A DNA stretch of 64,000 nucleotides from Methylococcales bacterium (lineage in GTDB: Bacteria; Pseudomonadota; Gammaproteobacteria; Methylococcales; UBA1147). The position numbers were made by a program, and so were the translations under genes. Positions 1 through 9,329 of the stretch are shown here, in pieces. How positions within the stretch are numbered: position 1 is the stretch's first letter; each line of letters starts with the position of its first letter. The stretch lies in contig JBGTCG010000076.1 in NCBI GenBank assembly GCA_041748915.1, positions 205 through 64,204 on the forward strand. The letters are read 5' to 3'. A model generated the notes under the pieces. That model searched no databases and was not told the origin of the DNA. It saw nothing but the letters and a program-made list of their open reading frames with translations.

Positions 1-172
1 ACGGTTCGACCCTGGAACCTTCCGATGACCGCTGGGAACTTTGTGCGCGGGTGCTTTCCCGTCGGGACATTATCGACCGGCTGTCTGTGTCCTGGTAGCA
101 GTCGCGCCTTACCAGCCCCGTACAATGCACGAATCCGTGATACTGACAAGCCATTTTTAACCCGGTTCGGCC

Positions 173-440
173 ATGAAAATTATTTCCTGGAATGTGAACG
201 GCATCCGCGCGATCCAACAAAAAGGTTTCGAAACCGCATTCGACCGAATCAACCCCGATATCCTGTGCTCCAGGATACCCGCGCGCAACCCGATCAGGTC
301 GTCGAGGCGCTCGGGAATCTCGACGGCTATCCTCTCTGCGCCGACGGAGCAATCAAAAAGGGTTATTCCGGAACCGCGATACTGTCGCGAATACCGCCGA
401 AAACGGTGATCCGCTGGCGGTCGATCCAGACACGGAAACC
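173..440 (+). pseudogene. xthA: Exodeoxyribonuclease III (ExoIII/XthA family) 5' remnant, frameshifted and truncated
   Basis: ORF 173-409 opens MKIISWNVNGIRAIQQKGF..NPDILC, a typical ExoIII N-terminus. Near nt ~265 the family-like sequence continues in the frame of ORF 25-468 (LQDTRAQPDQV..KKGYSGTAILSRIPP). Only ~90 of the ~260 aa expected are present, and no later ExoIII motifs occur in any frame of 441-643. Confidence 0.7.
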
Positions 441-643
441 GTGTATCCGGCCTGGGCGCAGGAAGTGAACGAAGCGGCGCCCGCCGCTCCTTTGAAAGCA
501 GGTAAGAAAGCCGATCCAAAACTCCAGGCCCGTTCCGACGACGGCGGCCGCCATTTCGGCGAGCCGGTTCGGGTAAATCCGGCCGAGGACGATGTGCGCT
601 CCCGCACCGTCCATGTGCGGGTGGCCCGGCCGGAAACCGAGTC

Positions 644-1098
644 ATGAAACCGGTACGACCAAAAACCAGCGTCCGGCGCTGGATCGTCCTGTTGATAGCA
701 ACCGGCGGCCTTGCGGCGGCGTCCCGCGCGATGGAACCCCGGTCGTTACCGGATTACCGTGCAAGGATCCTCGGTTCCGGTCGGGAAGTCAGCATCGCCG
801 GATTTCCCGGACAGGCGATCCTGATCAATACCTGGGCGACCTGGTGCCCTCCGTGCCGCAAAAAAATGCCGGACTTCGAAGCCATTCACCACGGTACCGG
901 GGCCGGGGCCTGGTGGTGGTCGGCGTGAATATCGACTAAGGTCGGGCGGTGGCGCGCTATGTTCAGGGAATGAAAATCAGTTTTGCGATCTGGCGCGATC
1001 CGCAAAATCGGTTCAGCAAGCGCTTTCGCTCGCTCGGCGTTCCAGAAACCTTTCTCGTGGATCGGAACGGCGCGATCTTCCGGCACTCAATTGGTTAG
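644..1098 (+). pseudogene. TlpA/ResA-like periplasmic thiol:disulfide oxidoreductase, disrupted by one frameshift and one in-frame TAA
   Basis: ORF 644-928 has a signal anchor and a WCPPCRKKMP (CxxC) motif. Near nt ~890 the family sequence shifts to the frame of ORF 592-939 (RYRGRGLVVVGVNID), which hits TAA at 937-939. The same frame then continues GRAVARYVQGMKISFAIWRDPQNRFSKRFRSLGVPETFLVDRNGAIFRHSIG* (stop 1096-1098). Confidence 0.75.
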
Positions 1099-1212
1099 AA
1101 TGAAACATTTTTCGCCGGGTCGATAATACCTGATTCATCCCATGCAAGTTATTCGCAGTCCGATCAATCTCCGAACGATAAAGCCGGGCTGCGCTCGAAA
1201 TATCGGGAGAAT
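1075..1212 (+). repeat. Left copy of a ~135-bp diverged direct repeat (tlpA 3' end + dead ribF 5' end)
   Basis: Aligns by eye at roughly 85% identity with 1850-1985 (..ttggttagaatgaaaca.ttttcgccgggtcg..catgcaagt.attcgc..gatcaatctccgaa..gccgggctgcgc). ORF 1142-1366 opens MQVIRSPINLRTIKPGCA, versus the RibF start MQVIRGLINLRKIAPGCA. Confidence 0.85.
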
Positions 1213-1280
1213 GGTTTCAGGAGAGCGTTTCAAGAATATGCTGGCCACAAAAAATGGCAGTTCGACCGCCCTTTCCTTCC

Positions 1281-1310
1281 GTCTCTCAAAAATACTCATT
1301 TTTGAGAGAC
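1281..1310 (+). terminator. Perfect 13-bp-stem hairpin (gtctctcaaaaat-actc-atttttgagagac) followed by a T-rich tract
   Basis: Inverted repeat read directly from the sequence. It lies between the dead ribF start and the parD promoter region. The stem is AT-rich, so terminator function is uncertain. Confidence 0.35.
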
Positions 1311-1340
1311 GTGTATTTTGCCCCAGGCCACAGAATTTCC

Positions 1341-1377
1341 TTGCACTGGATACCAAAAAATATTAATAATTAATATA
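1341..1377 (+). promoter_or_regulatory. Putative parD promoter with AT-rich palindromic operator
   Basis: TTGCAC (1341-1346), 17-nt spacer, then TAATAA. This overlaps the 7-1-7 palindrome tattaat-a-attaata (1361-1375), ~25 nt upstream of the parD ATG. ParD-type antitoxins are known to autoregulate through palindromic operators. Confidence 0.4.
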
Positions 1378-1400
1378 AAGGTAAAAGCGAGGCGCCAATC

Positions 1401-1637
1401 ATGCCGAAGAACACAAGCGTCACCCTTGGGGAACACTTTGAAGGGTTCATTGCAACAAAAATCAGGGAAGGCCGTTTTGGTTCTGTCAGCGAGGCTGTCA
1501 GGGCAGGCCTTCGGCTTCTTGAAGAACACGAGATCAAGCTGGAGGCGCTGCGGGCGGCTTTGATCGAGGGCGAGAAAAGCGGCCCCGCCGCTGAATTTGA
1601 CGTGGAAGAGTTCCTCGATGACATGAAGAAGGAATAA
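1401..1637 (+). CDS. parD: Type II antitoxin, ParD (ribbon-helix-helix, COG3609-like)
   Basis: 78-aa [47 protein letters not shown]... matches the ParD-family pattern (N-terminal RHH, SASEVVREGLRLLE-like motif). It is followed 6 nt later by a ParE-like start. Confidence 0.85.
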   Translation: MPKNTSVTLGEHFEGFIATKIREGRFGSVSEAVRAGLRLLEEHEIKLEALRAALIEGEKSGPAAEFDVEEFLDDMKKE

Positions 1638-1643
1638 AACCCG

Positions 1644-1727
1644 GTGTCTGTTTTCACACTCCGCCCCAGAGCCAGGCAGGATCTGGAGGACATCTGGCGC
1701 TACACCTTTCAAACATGGGGCGGGTAG
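1644..1727 (+). pseudogene. parE: ParE-type toxin, only the first 27 codons (truncated)
   Basis: GTG-initiated VSVFTLRPRARQDLEDIWRYTFQTWGG* resembles a ParE/RelE-family N-terminus (..A..DL..IW.Y). Stop at 1725-1727. Full-length ParE is ~95-100 aa. Confidence 0.65.
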
Positions 1728-1849
1728 AATCCCTCCTGAGTAACTCAGCGGGTCGGCAACGCGGAGTACGATTTCGTGCTAAACCGGTTCCACCGCGGGC
1801 ATTTTCCCGCGGTACGATCGCGCCCGTCGAATTATATGCATTCCCCGTT

Positions 1850-1985
1850 CAATTCGCCGGTTCGATTGGTTAGAATGAAACACTTTTCGCCGGGTCGGCA
1901 AAACCTAACTTATGCCATGCAAGTCATTCGCGGTCTGATCAATCTCCGAAAGATAGCGCCGGGCTGCGCCGTGACGATCGGAAAT
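1850..1985 (+). repeat. Right copy of the ~135-bp diverged direct repeat (dead tlpA tail + live ribF start)
   Basis: See 1075-1212. This copy contains the functional ribF ATG at 1917. Confidence 0.85.
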
Positions 1986-2876
1986 TTCGATGGCGTTCAT
2001 CCGGGGCATCGAGCGGTGATCAGAAAGCTGGCGGACAAGGCCACTGAACTGCAACTGCCGGTCGTCGTGATGCTGTTCGAACCGCAGCCGATGGAATTCT
2101 TCCGTCCCGACATTACGCCGACCCGTCTCACGCGCTTGCGGGAGAAGGTCGTTCTGCTGCAGAAGATGCCCGTCGACTACGTATTGATCTTGCGGTTCGA
2201 TCGTGTACTATCGAACATGTCCGCCAGCGAATTTGTCCGAAAAATCCTGATTGACCGGCTGAATACCAAATATGTCGTGGTCGGCGATGATTTTCGATTC
2301 GGCCGCGAAAGATCGGGCGATTTTGCGTTGCTTCGATCGCTTGCGGCAGAATCCGGTTTTATCGTGGAAAGCACCGTTTCCCATAGCATCGACGGTGAAC
2401 GGGTCAGCAGCACCTTGATTCGCGATGCGTTGGCGGCGGGCGATCTGGAATTCGCGAAACGGTTCCTGGACAGGCCCTTTTCGATCATCGGCAGGGTCAT
2501 CCCTGGCCGTCAGAATGGCCGCGCGATCGGTTTTCCGACCGCGAATATTGCGATGGGCCGCAAAAATCCGCCGGTGCGCGGCGTATTTGCCGTTACAATG
2601 ACCCGATACCTTGACCAGGCATGGCCCGGAGTCGCGAATGTCGGCATCCGGCCGACGTTCGGACGGGACCCGACGGTTTATCTCGAAGTCCATTTGTTCG
2701 ATTTCGCGGCCAGCCTGTACGGCCGTTGCGTTGAAGTGCATTTCCATGAAAAGATTCGTGACGAAATACGCTTCGATTCGGTCGGGGATCTGCAACAACA
2801 GATCCGGCGGGATGCCGTGGCGGCTCGGGATATTCTGGATCGGCGGTTCGGGATTACGAGCAATTTCACTGGCTGA
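1917..2876 (+). CDS. ribF: Bifunctional riboflavin kinase / FMN adenylyltransferase
   Basis: MQVIRGLINLRKIAPGCAVTIGNFDGVHPGH.. (FAD synthetase N-terminus) with a C-terminal riboflavin-kinase part (GFPTANI). Start taken at the internal ATG 1917 of ORF 1776-2876. Conserved ribF-ileS-lspA order. Confidence 0.95.
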   Translation: MQVIRGLINLRKIAPGCAVTIGNFDGVHPGHRAVIRKLADKATELQLPVVVMLFEPQPMEFFRPDITPTRLTRLREKVVLLQKMPVDYVLILRFDRVLSNMSASEFVRKILIDRLNTKYVVVGDDFRFGRERSGDFALLRSLAAESGFIVESTVSHSIDGERVSSTLIRDALAAGDLEFAKRFLDRPFSIIGRVIPGRQNGRAIGFPTANIAMGRKNPPVRGVFAVTMTRYLDQAWPGVANVGIRPTFGRDPTVYLEVHLFDFAASLYGRCVEVHFHEKIRDEIRFDSVGDLQQQIRRDAVAARDILDRRFGITSNFTG

Positions 2877-2955
2877 AATGCGACGGATTGATAAACCCGA
2901 CTGGGTCATCCGTTGACGGGCAGTATCGGTATTGGTGAATCAGATCTAACAAAAA

Positions 2956-5781
2956 ATGGATTATAAAGCGACACTCAATTTGCCGAGCACATCGTTTCCG
3001 ATGAAAGCCAATCTGGCGGCCCGGGAACCCGAACGGTTAAAGCACTGGAATCAAACCGCGCTGTATGCGCAAATCAGGGAGCGCTTCGCCGGGAAACCGA
3101 AGTTCGTTCTGCACGATGGTCCGCCCTATGCCAACGGCGCGATTCATATCGGCCACGCGGTAAACAAGGTGTTGAAGGATATCATCGTCAAAAGCAAAAC
3201 GATGAGCGGCTATGACGCGCCGTATGTCCCCGGCTGGGATTGTCACGGTCTGCCGATTGAGTTGATGGTCGAAAAGAAAATCGGCAAACCCGGAGCCCAG
3301 GTCGAACCGGCCGAGTTTCGCAAAGCCTGCCGCGCGTATGCGGCGAGGCAGGTCGAATTGCAGCGGGACGAATTCAGGCGGCTCGGTGTCTTCGGGGACT
3401 GGGAAAATCCTTACCTGAGCATGGATTTTACGTTCGAGGCCGATATCATCCGCGCGCTCGGCAAGATCGGCGCGCGAGGTTATATCGAGCAGGGGGCCAA
3501 ACCCGTACACTGGTGCACCGACTGTGGATCGGCGCTGGCCGAGGCCGAAGTGGAATATGAAAACAAACATTCGTCGGCAATCGACGTGCGCTTCCGGGTG
3601 CTCGACGCGGAGCAACTGCTGGGGCGCTGCCACCATGTTCCGGATCATGCCGGTGAAGGTCCGATTTCAATTGTGATCTGGACGACGACCGCGTGGACAT
3701 TACCGGCCAATCACGCGGTGGCCGTGCACCCGGAACTTGAATACGCGGTGATTCAATGCACCATCGGGCAGCAACCCGAACGCATCGTCGTGGCGGAGGC
3801 CCTGTTGAAAGACGTGATGCTGCGCTACCACGTGGACAACTACAAAGTGGTCGCCTATTGCAAAGGCGACGCACTCGAATCCGTCCGGCTGCAGCATCCG
3901 TTTTACCAGCGCGAGGTCCCGATCATTCTCGGCGATCATGTCACGGTCGAAGTCGGAACCGGCGCGGTGCATATAGCCCCCGGGCACGGGCAGGACGACT
4001 ATATCGTAGGGCAGAAATACGGTCTCCCGGTCGATAATCCGGTAGCCGATGACGGCACCTTCAAAAGCGGGACCGAGTTTTTCGCGGGCGAGCACGTGTT
4101 CAATGTGGATTCCCATGTGCTCGAGGCGCTATCCGACAAAGGCGCGCTGCTTCATGAAGAAGCCATCGAGCACAGCTATCCGCATTGCTGGCGGCACAAA
4201 ACGCCGATCATCTTCCGCGCGACCGCACAATGGTTTATTTCCATCGATAAAAACAACCTGCGCGAGAAGGCTCTGGCCGAGATCAAACAAGTCACCTGGA
4301 TTCCGTCCTGGGGCCAGGCCCGCATCGAAGGAATGGTTGCGGAAAGACCCGACTGGTGTATTTCCAGACAACGAAACTGGGGTGTGCCGATCGCGCTGTT
4401 CATCCACAAGGAAAGCGGCGAACTGCATCCGCGCACTCCTGATCTCATCGATACGGTTGCGGGTCTCGTGGAAAAACACGGGATCGATGCCTGGTTTGCG
4501 TTGAATCCGAAGGATTTAATCGGCGAGGAAGCCGACGATTACCGGAAAATCAGCGATACGCTGGATGTGTGGTTCGACTCCGGGGTCACCCATGCCTGTG
4601 TGCTGGACCGCAGGATGGACTTGAAATTTCCGGCGGATCTTTACCTCGAAGGCTCGGATCAGCACCGGGGATGGTTTCAGTCGTCTTTGCTCGCCTCGGT
4701 CGCGATGAACGAAGTCGCGCCGTATCGCGCGGTATTGACTCATGGTTTCACGGTCGACGCCGAGGGCCATAAAATGTCCAAATCGCGCGGCAATGTGGTG
4801 GCGCCGCAAAAAATCATGAACAGTCTCGGCGCGGATGTGCTAAGGCTTTGGGTCGCGGCAACCGATTACCGCGGAGAGATGAGCGTCTCGGACGAGATTC
4901 TGAAACGCACCGCGGACGTTTATCGCCGCCTTCGGAACACCGCGCGTTACCTGCTCGCGAACCTCAATGGCTTCGATCCTGATCAGCATCAGGTGCCGTT
5001 CGCGCAGATGCTCGGACTGGACCGTTGGGCGGTGGACCGGACTTATGGATTGCAACAGGGGGTGATTGACGCCTATGGGGATTACCGCTTTCTCGAGGTC
5101 TATCAAAAGGTCCATAACTTCTGCGCGGTGGAGATGGGCGGCTTTTACCTGGACATTATCAAGGACCGGCAATATACCACCGCCGAAAACAGTCTGGCCC
5201 GGCGCTCTGCCCAGACCGCAATGTTCCATATTGCCGAAGCCCTGGTCCGTTGGCTCGCGCCGATCCTGAGTTTTACCGCCGATGAGATCTGGCAGTACCT
5301 GCCCGGCGAACGCGCGGATTCGGTATTTCTTGAAACCTGGTATCAAGGTTTGCGACCGCTCGATCCGAATGCACCCATGAACCGGGATTACTGGGATCGG
5401 GTGATCCGGGTACGGGATTGCATTGGCAAGGAACTGGAAAAGCTTCGAGGTCAGGGCCACATCGGTTCGTCATTGGATGCCGAAGTCGAACTGTACTGCG
5501 ACCCGGGATACGTTGATCTGTTGAATGCATTGCAGGGGGAATTGCGGTTCATCCTGATTACGTCCTATGCGACCGTGATATCCGATGAATTTCTTGTCGA
5601 GGATGCCCGTGAGACCGAGATCCCAGGTCTGAAGATAAAGGTAAGTCCTTCCGGACATCGAAAATGTGTTCGCTGCTGGCATCATCGGCACGATATCGGC
5701 GTTGATCCCGAACATCCGGAACTGTGTTCGCGCTGTGCCGAGAATGTGGCGGGTCCGGGTGAAACCCGGCATTTCGCATAG
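2956..5781 (+). CDS. ileS: Isoleucine--tRNA ligase
   Basis: 941 aa. HIGH motif ([14 protein letters not shown]), KMSKS motif (HKMSKSRGN) and a C-terminal Cys cluster (CVRCWHH..CSRC). Confidence 0.98.
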   Translation: MDYKATLNLPSTSFPMKANLAAREPERLKHWNQTALYAQIRERFAGKPKFVLHDGPPYANGAIHIGHAVNKVLKDIIVKSKTMSGYDAPYVPGWDCHGLPIELMVEKKIGKPGAQVEPAEFRKACRAYAARQVELQRDEFRRLGVFGDWENPYLSMDFTFEADIIRALGKIGARGYIEQGAKPVHWCTDCGSALAEAEVEYENKHSSAIDVRFRVLDAEQLLGRCHHVPDHAGEGPISIVIWTTTAWTLPANHAVAVHPELEYAVIQCTIGQQPERIVVAEALLKDVMLRYHVDNYKVVAYCKGDALESVRLQHPFYQREVPIILGDHVTVEVGTGAVHIAPGHGQDDYIVGQKYGLPVDNPVADDGTFKSGTEFFAGEHVFNVDSHVLEALSDKGALLHEEAIEHSYPHCWRHKTPIIFRATAQWFISIDKNNLREKALAEIKQVTWIPSWGQARIEGMVAERPDWCISRQRNWGVPIALFIHKESGELHPRTPDLIDTVAGLVEKHGIDAWFALNPKDLIGEEADDYRKISDTLDVWFDSGVTHACVLDRRMDLKFPADLYLEGSDQHRGWFQSSLLASVAMNEVAPYRAVLTHGFTVDAEGHKMSKSRGNVVAPQKIMNSLGADVLRLWVAATDYRGEMSVSDEILKRTADVYRRLRNTARYLLANLNGFDPDQHQVPFAQMLGLDRWAVDRTYGLQQGVIDAYGDYRFLEVYQKVHNFCAVEMGGFYLDIIKDRQYTTAENSLARRSAQTAMFHIAEALVRWLAPILSFTADEIWQYLPGERADSVFLETWYQGLRPLDPNAPMNRDYWDRVIRVRDCIGKELEKLRGQGHIGSSLDAEVELYCDPGYVDLLNALQGELRFILITSYATVISDEFLVEDARETEIPGLKIKVSPSGHRKCVRCWHHRHDIGVDPEHPELCSRCAENVAGPGETRHFA

Positions 5782-5789
5782 GATCGCGC

Positions 5790-6257
5790 ATGCTTCGGTG
5801 GCTGCTGTTATCGGCGATCGTACTGATTCTGGACCAGCTCAGCAAGACTGGAATTGTCAACAGCATGGATCTGCATGAGTCGATTCCGCTCATACCCGGT
5901 TTCCAGTTGACCTACGTCCGCAATCCGGGCGCCGCTTTCAGCTTTCTGAGCAATGCGGGCGGCTGGCAGCGCTGGGTCTTCATCAGTCTGGCATCCGCGG
6001 TCAGCATCGTACTCTGCGTCTGGCTGATCCGCCTGCCGAAGAACGCATTGTGGCCCGCGGCCGGACTCTCGCTGGTCCTGGGGGGAGCGCTCGGCAATCT
6101 GGTCGATCGCGTGATCCATGGTTCGGTGATCGACTTCCTGGATGTGTATTACAAAACCTGGCACTGGCCGGCTTTCAATATAGCCGACTCCGCAATCACG
6201 ATCGGCATCTGTATTCTATTGCTGGATTCATTCCGATCCCCGCGCAAGACCGTCTGA
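5790..6257 (+). CDS. lspA: Lipoprotein signal peptidase II
   Basis: 155 aa, four hydrophobic segments. NPGAAFSF and FNIADSAI motifs. Immediately downstream of ileS. Confidence 0.95.
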   Translation: MLRWLLLSAIVLILDQLSKTGIVNSMDLHESIPLIPGFQLTYVRNPGAAFSFLSNAGGWQRWVFISLASAVSIVLCVWLIRLPKNALWPAAGLSLVLGGALGNLVDRVIHGSVIDFLDVYYKTWHWPAFNIADSAITIGICILLLDSFRSPRKTV

Positions 6258-6275
6258 GCCACCCAGGCCCGAAGC

Positions 6276-7913
6276 GTGACCGCTCATCACCTTCAACTTT
6301 CCGCAACGATCGGGCCCTGCCCCTTCTCTGACCGGTTTCGTATCCCGGTTGAACAGGCCTGGAGCATGCTGCTGGTGTATTCGGTTTACCGAATTTTCCT
6401 GGCCGCGCTTTTCGCGCTGTTGGCTCATCTTCGAATCGGTCCCTCGCTGCTGGGCAAATTCAGTCCGGATTTTTTCCTGATTGTGAGCACCGTCTATTTT
6501 GCCCTGACCGTGCTCGCACTGGTCTGTCTGTTAGCGCGCAATCCCGGATTCCAGGTCCAGGCCCCGTTACAAATATCCGTCGACATTGTTACGTTGACGT
6601 TACTCATGCATGCGAGCGGCGGTATCTCCAGCGGAATCGGCATACTGATTGCCGTCTCGCTCGCGGCCGGTGGACTGCTCATGGGCGGGCGGTGCGCTCT
6701 GCTGTTTGCCGCGCTGTCGACGATTGCGGTGTTCGGCGAGCAGATTTATTCCCACCTGGCCAATTCCTTCGAGACGACCGCCTATACCTATACCGGAATG
6801 CTTGGCGCCTCGTTTTTCACGATTTCCTTGTTGGCCCTGGGGCTTGCCAAACGCGCCGAGCAGAGCGACGCGATCGCGGCCGAAAAAAGTATCGAATTGG
6901 CTGACCAGGAGCTTCTCAACGCCCATATCATCGATCATCTTCAATCCGCGATCATCATTCTCGACCAGGACGAGCAGATACAGGTCATGAACCCATCCGC
7001 GCTGCGGTTGTTCAATCTGGGTCCGAAACCGTCCCGGCTTGCGTCCATTTCGAACAATCTCGCGGAACATTTTCGTCGATGGAAACTGGACAATGCGCAT
7101 GAGTCGGCCATTTTACAGGCCAGCCCGGCGCTGAACGTGAACGCGCGTTTCAGCCGGCTCGGCAACACCCATAAACCCTACCATATGATCTTTCTCGAGG
7201 ATTCCCGCCTGACCAACCAGCGCGTCCAGCAAAGTAAACTCGCGTCGCTCGGCCGCCTGACCGCGAGCATTGCGCATGAAATCAGAAATCCGGTCGGCGC
7301 GATCAGCCATGCGAGCCAGCTGCTCGCCGAATCCACGGTCCTGGAAAAGCAGGACCGGCGTTTGATTGAAATCATTCGGGAACATACCGTCCGGGTCAAT
7401 GATGTGATCGAAACCGTGCTGCAAATTTCCAGGCGACGCGAGTCGAAACCGGAGAACATCCATCTGGAGAAGTGGATGTACAAATTCATCGCCGATTTCA
7501 TGTTGGAACAGCAATTGCCGGAATCACCGTTCCGTCTGTCGGCTCCGGCGGAAGATATTAGCGTCCGGTGCGATCCGGGCCACCTGCAACAGATTCTCGC
7601 GAATCTTTGTTCCAATGCGCTGAAATACGGGCGTGAAGCTTCCGAAGCGGTCGACCTTGAAATTGGACCGTCCAATTCGATGATCCGCATCGAGATCCGC
7701 GATCATGGTCCGGGGATTCCCGAGGATCTGGCCAACCACATTTTCGAACCATTTTTCACGACGTCGGCCACAGGCACCGGATTGGGATTGTATATTGCGA
7801 AAGAACTGGCAGAATTAAACCTGTCTAAACTCGAATACGAACCGGATATTTCCGGCGGCAGTTGCTTTCGCATTTATCTCCCCGCTGCCGATAACAGCGC
7901 GATCGCGATATGA
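6276..7913 (+). CDS. pilS: Membrane sensor histidine kinase, PilS-like
   Basis: Multi-TM N-terminal half, H-box SIAHEIRNPVGAI, and N/G boxes NALKYG, DHGPGI, GTGLGLYI. The N-terminus LLVYSVYRIF resembles the PilS LYHLYR region. The exact start is uncertain. The PilS assignment (versus another NtrB-type kinase) is tentative. Confidence 0.6.
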   Translation: MTAHHLQLSATIGPCPFSDRFRIPVEQAWSMLLVYSVYRIFLAALFALLAHLRIGPSLLGKFSPDFFLIVSTVYFALTVLALVCLLARNPGFQVQAPLQISVDIVTLTLLMHASGGISSGIGILIAVSLAAGGLLMGGRCALLFAALSTIAVFGEQIYSHLANSFETTAYTYTGMLGASFFTISLLALGLAKRAEQSDAIAAEKSIELADQELLNAHIIDHLQSAIIILDQDEQIQVMNPSALRLFNLGPKPSRLASISNNLAEHFRRWKLDNAHESAILQASPALNVNARFSRLGNTHKPYHMIFLEDSRLTNQRVQQSKLASLGRLTASIAHEIRNPVGAISHASQLLAESTVLEKQDRRLIEIIREHTVRVNDVIETVLQISRRRESKPENIHLEKWMYKFIADFMLEQQLPESPFRLSAPAEDISVRCDPGHLQQILANLCSNALKYGREASEAVDLEIGPSNSMIRIEIRDHGPGIPEDLANHIFEPFFTTSATGTGLGLYIAKELAELNLSKLEYEPDISGGSCFRIYLPAADNSAIAI

Positions 7914-9247
7914 GCAAACCGATGACTTTAGTCGTGGACGACGAGCCGGGTATCCGTGAACTCCTCGAAATCACACTGGCGCGAATGGATATCGACTGCC
8001 GCGCCGCGGGCGCTCTTCATGAAGCACGCTCACTGCTGAAGCGAGAAAATTTCGATTTGTGTCTGACCGACATGAAATTGCCCGACGGCGATGGCCTGGA
8101 TCTGGTTGGGTATATCCAGGAGATGTTCCCCGCGCTTCCGGTTGCGGTTATTACGGCGCATGGCAGTATGGACACTGCGGTTCGGGCATTGAAAATGGGC
8201 GCCTTCGATTTTGTATCCAAACCGATCGATCTCGCGATGCTCCGAAAACTGGTCGACAGCGCGCTCCGGCTTGGCACCTTTCCGCAGAGAGACCGGAGAT
8301 CCCGTCACCAATTGCTCGGCGATTCCACGGTGATGCGGGAAATTCGTTCCAAAATCGCAAAGGTCGCGCGCAGCCAGGCGCCGATCTATATCAGCGGAGA
8401 ATCGGGAACCGGCAAAGAACTGGTCGCCCGCTTGATTCATGAAAAAAGTTCACGGCATGACAAACCATTTGTTGCGATCAACTGCGGAGCCATCCCGGCC
8501 GAACTCATGGAAAGCGAATTTTTCGGCCATCTCAAGGGAAGTTTTACCGGCGCCGGCGCCGACAAGCCGGGACTCTTCCGCGCCGCGGACGGCGGGACGC
8601 TGTTTCTGGATGAAGTTGCCGATCTTCCGCAATCGTTACAAGTCAAATTGTTACGCGCGATTCAGGAAAGACAGGTCCGACCTGTCGGAGGTCAGGAGGA
8701 AATCGCGGTGGATATCCGCATTCTGAGCGCGACGCACAAGAATCTCACGGAACTCGTGGATCATGGCTTGTTCCGGCAGGACCTCTATTACCGCATAAAC
8801 GTGATCGAACTATCGGTGCCGCCGTTACGCGAGCGGATCGGCGATATCGCGGCGCTGTCCGATCATATCCTGTACAAACTGAGCGGCCAGACCGGACTGC
8901 CGGTCACGGAATTGATGCCGGACGCCTTGTCGGCGCTGCGGAAATACAGTTTTCCGGGAAATGTCAGGGAGTTGGAAAATATTCTCGAACGCGCATCCGC
9001 TCTTTGTGACAACAACCAGATCTCCGCCGCCGACCTCGGCCTTCCGGATAACCTGCCGCTCAACATCCACAGGCCGGAACCGGCCCCTGAATCGGTTTCC
9101 CTCGAAAACTATATGGACGAAATTGAAAAACAGGCCATCATTCAGGCCCTCGACCAGACCCACTGGAACCGGACCGCGGCGGCCAAGAAACTGGGCATTA
9201 CGTTCAGGGCGCTGCGTTACCGGCTCAAGAAACTGGGCCTGGAATGA
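7910..9247 (+). CDS. pilR: Sigma-54-dependent response regulator (NtrC family), PilR-like
   Basis: REC domain, AAA+ sigma54-interaction motifs (GESGTGKE, ESEFFGH, GSFTGA) and a C-terminal Fis-type HTH (AAAKKLGITFRALRYRLKK). There is a 4-nt overlap with the kinase stop. Confidence 0.65.
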   Translation: MSKPMTLVVDDEPGIRELLEITLARMDIDCRAAGALHEARSLLKRENFDLCLTDMKLPDGDGLDLVGYIQEMFPALPVAVITAHGSMDTAVRALKMGAFDFVSKPIDLAMLRKLVDSALRLGTFPQRDRRSRHQLLGDSTVMREIRSKIAKVARSQAPIYISGESGTGKELVARLIHEKSSRHDKPFVAINCGAIPAELMESEFFGHLKGSFTGAGADKPGLFRAADGGTLFLDEVADLPQSLQVKLLRAIQERQVRPVGGQEEIAVDIRILSATHKNLTELVDHGLFRQDLYYRINVIELSVPPLRERIGDIAALSDHILYKLSGQTGLPVTELMPDALSALRKYSFPGNVRELENILERASALCDNNQISAADLGLPDNLPLNIHRPEPAPESVSLENYMDEIEKQAIIQALDQTHWNRTAAAKKLGITFRALRYRLKKLGLE

Positions 9248-9329
9248 ACGGGACCGTAGTCAGTTCGATAAACGGCGCCGCGACCACGGCCGCAAGGCTA
9301 TCAACAATCATTTTCCTTCCTTGGTATTG

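Noticed and set aside
1776-1916. N-terminal extension of ribF given by the ORF track (start 1776).
   Set aside because: The extension runs through the duplicated junction and the dead tlpA tail. RibF homology begins at MQVIRG (ATG 1917). Similar artefactual extensions were trimmed for gap (45215), tkt (50944), the carbonic anhydrase (22218), psd (25450), the FkbM gene (37944), the desaturase (35793) and the HIG1-like gene (20930).
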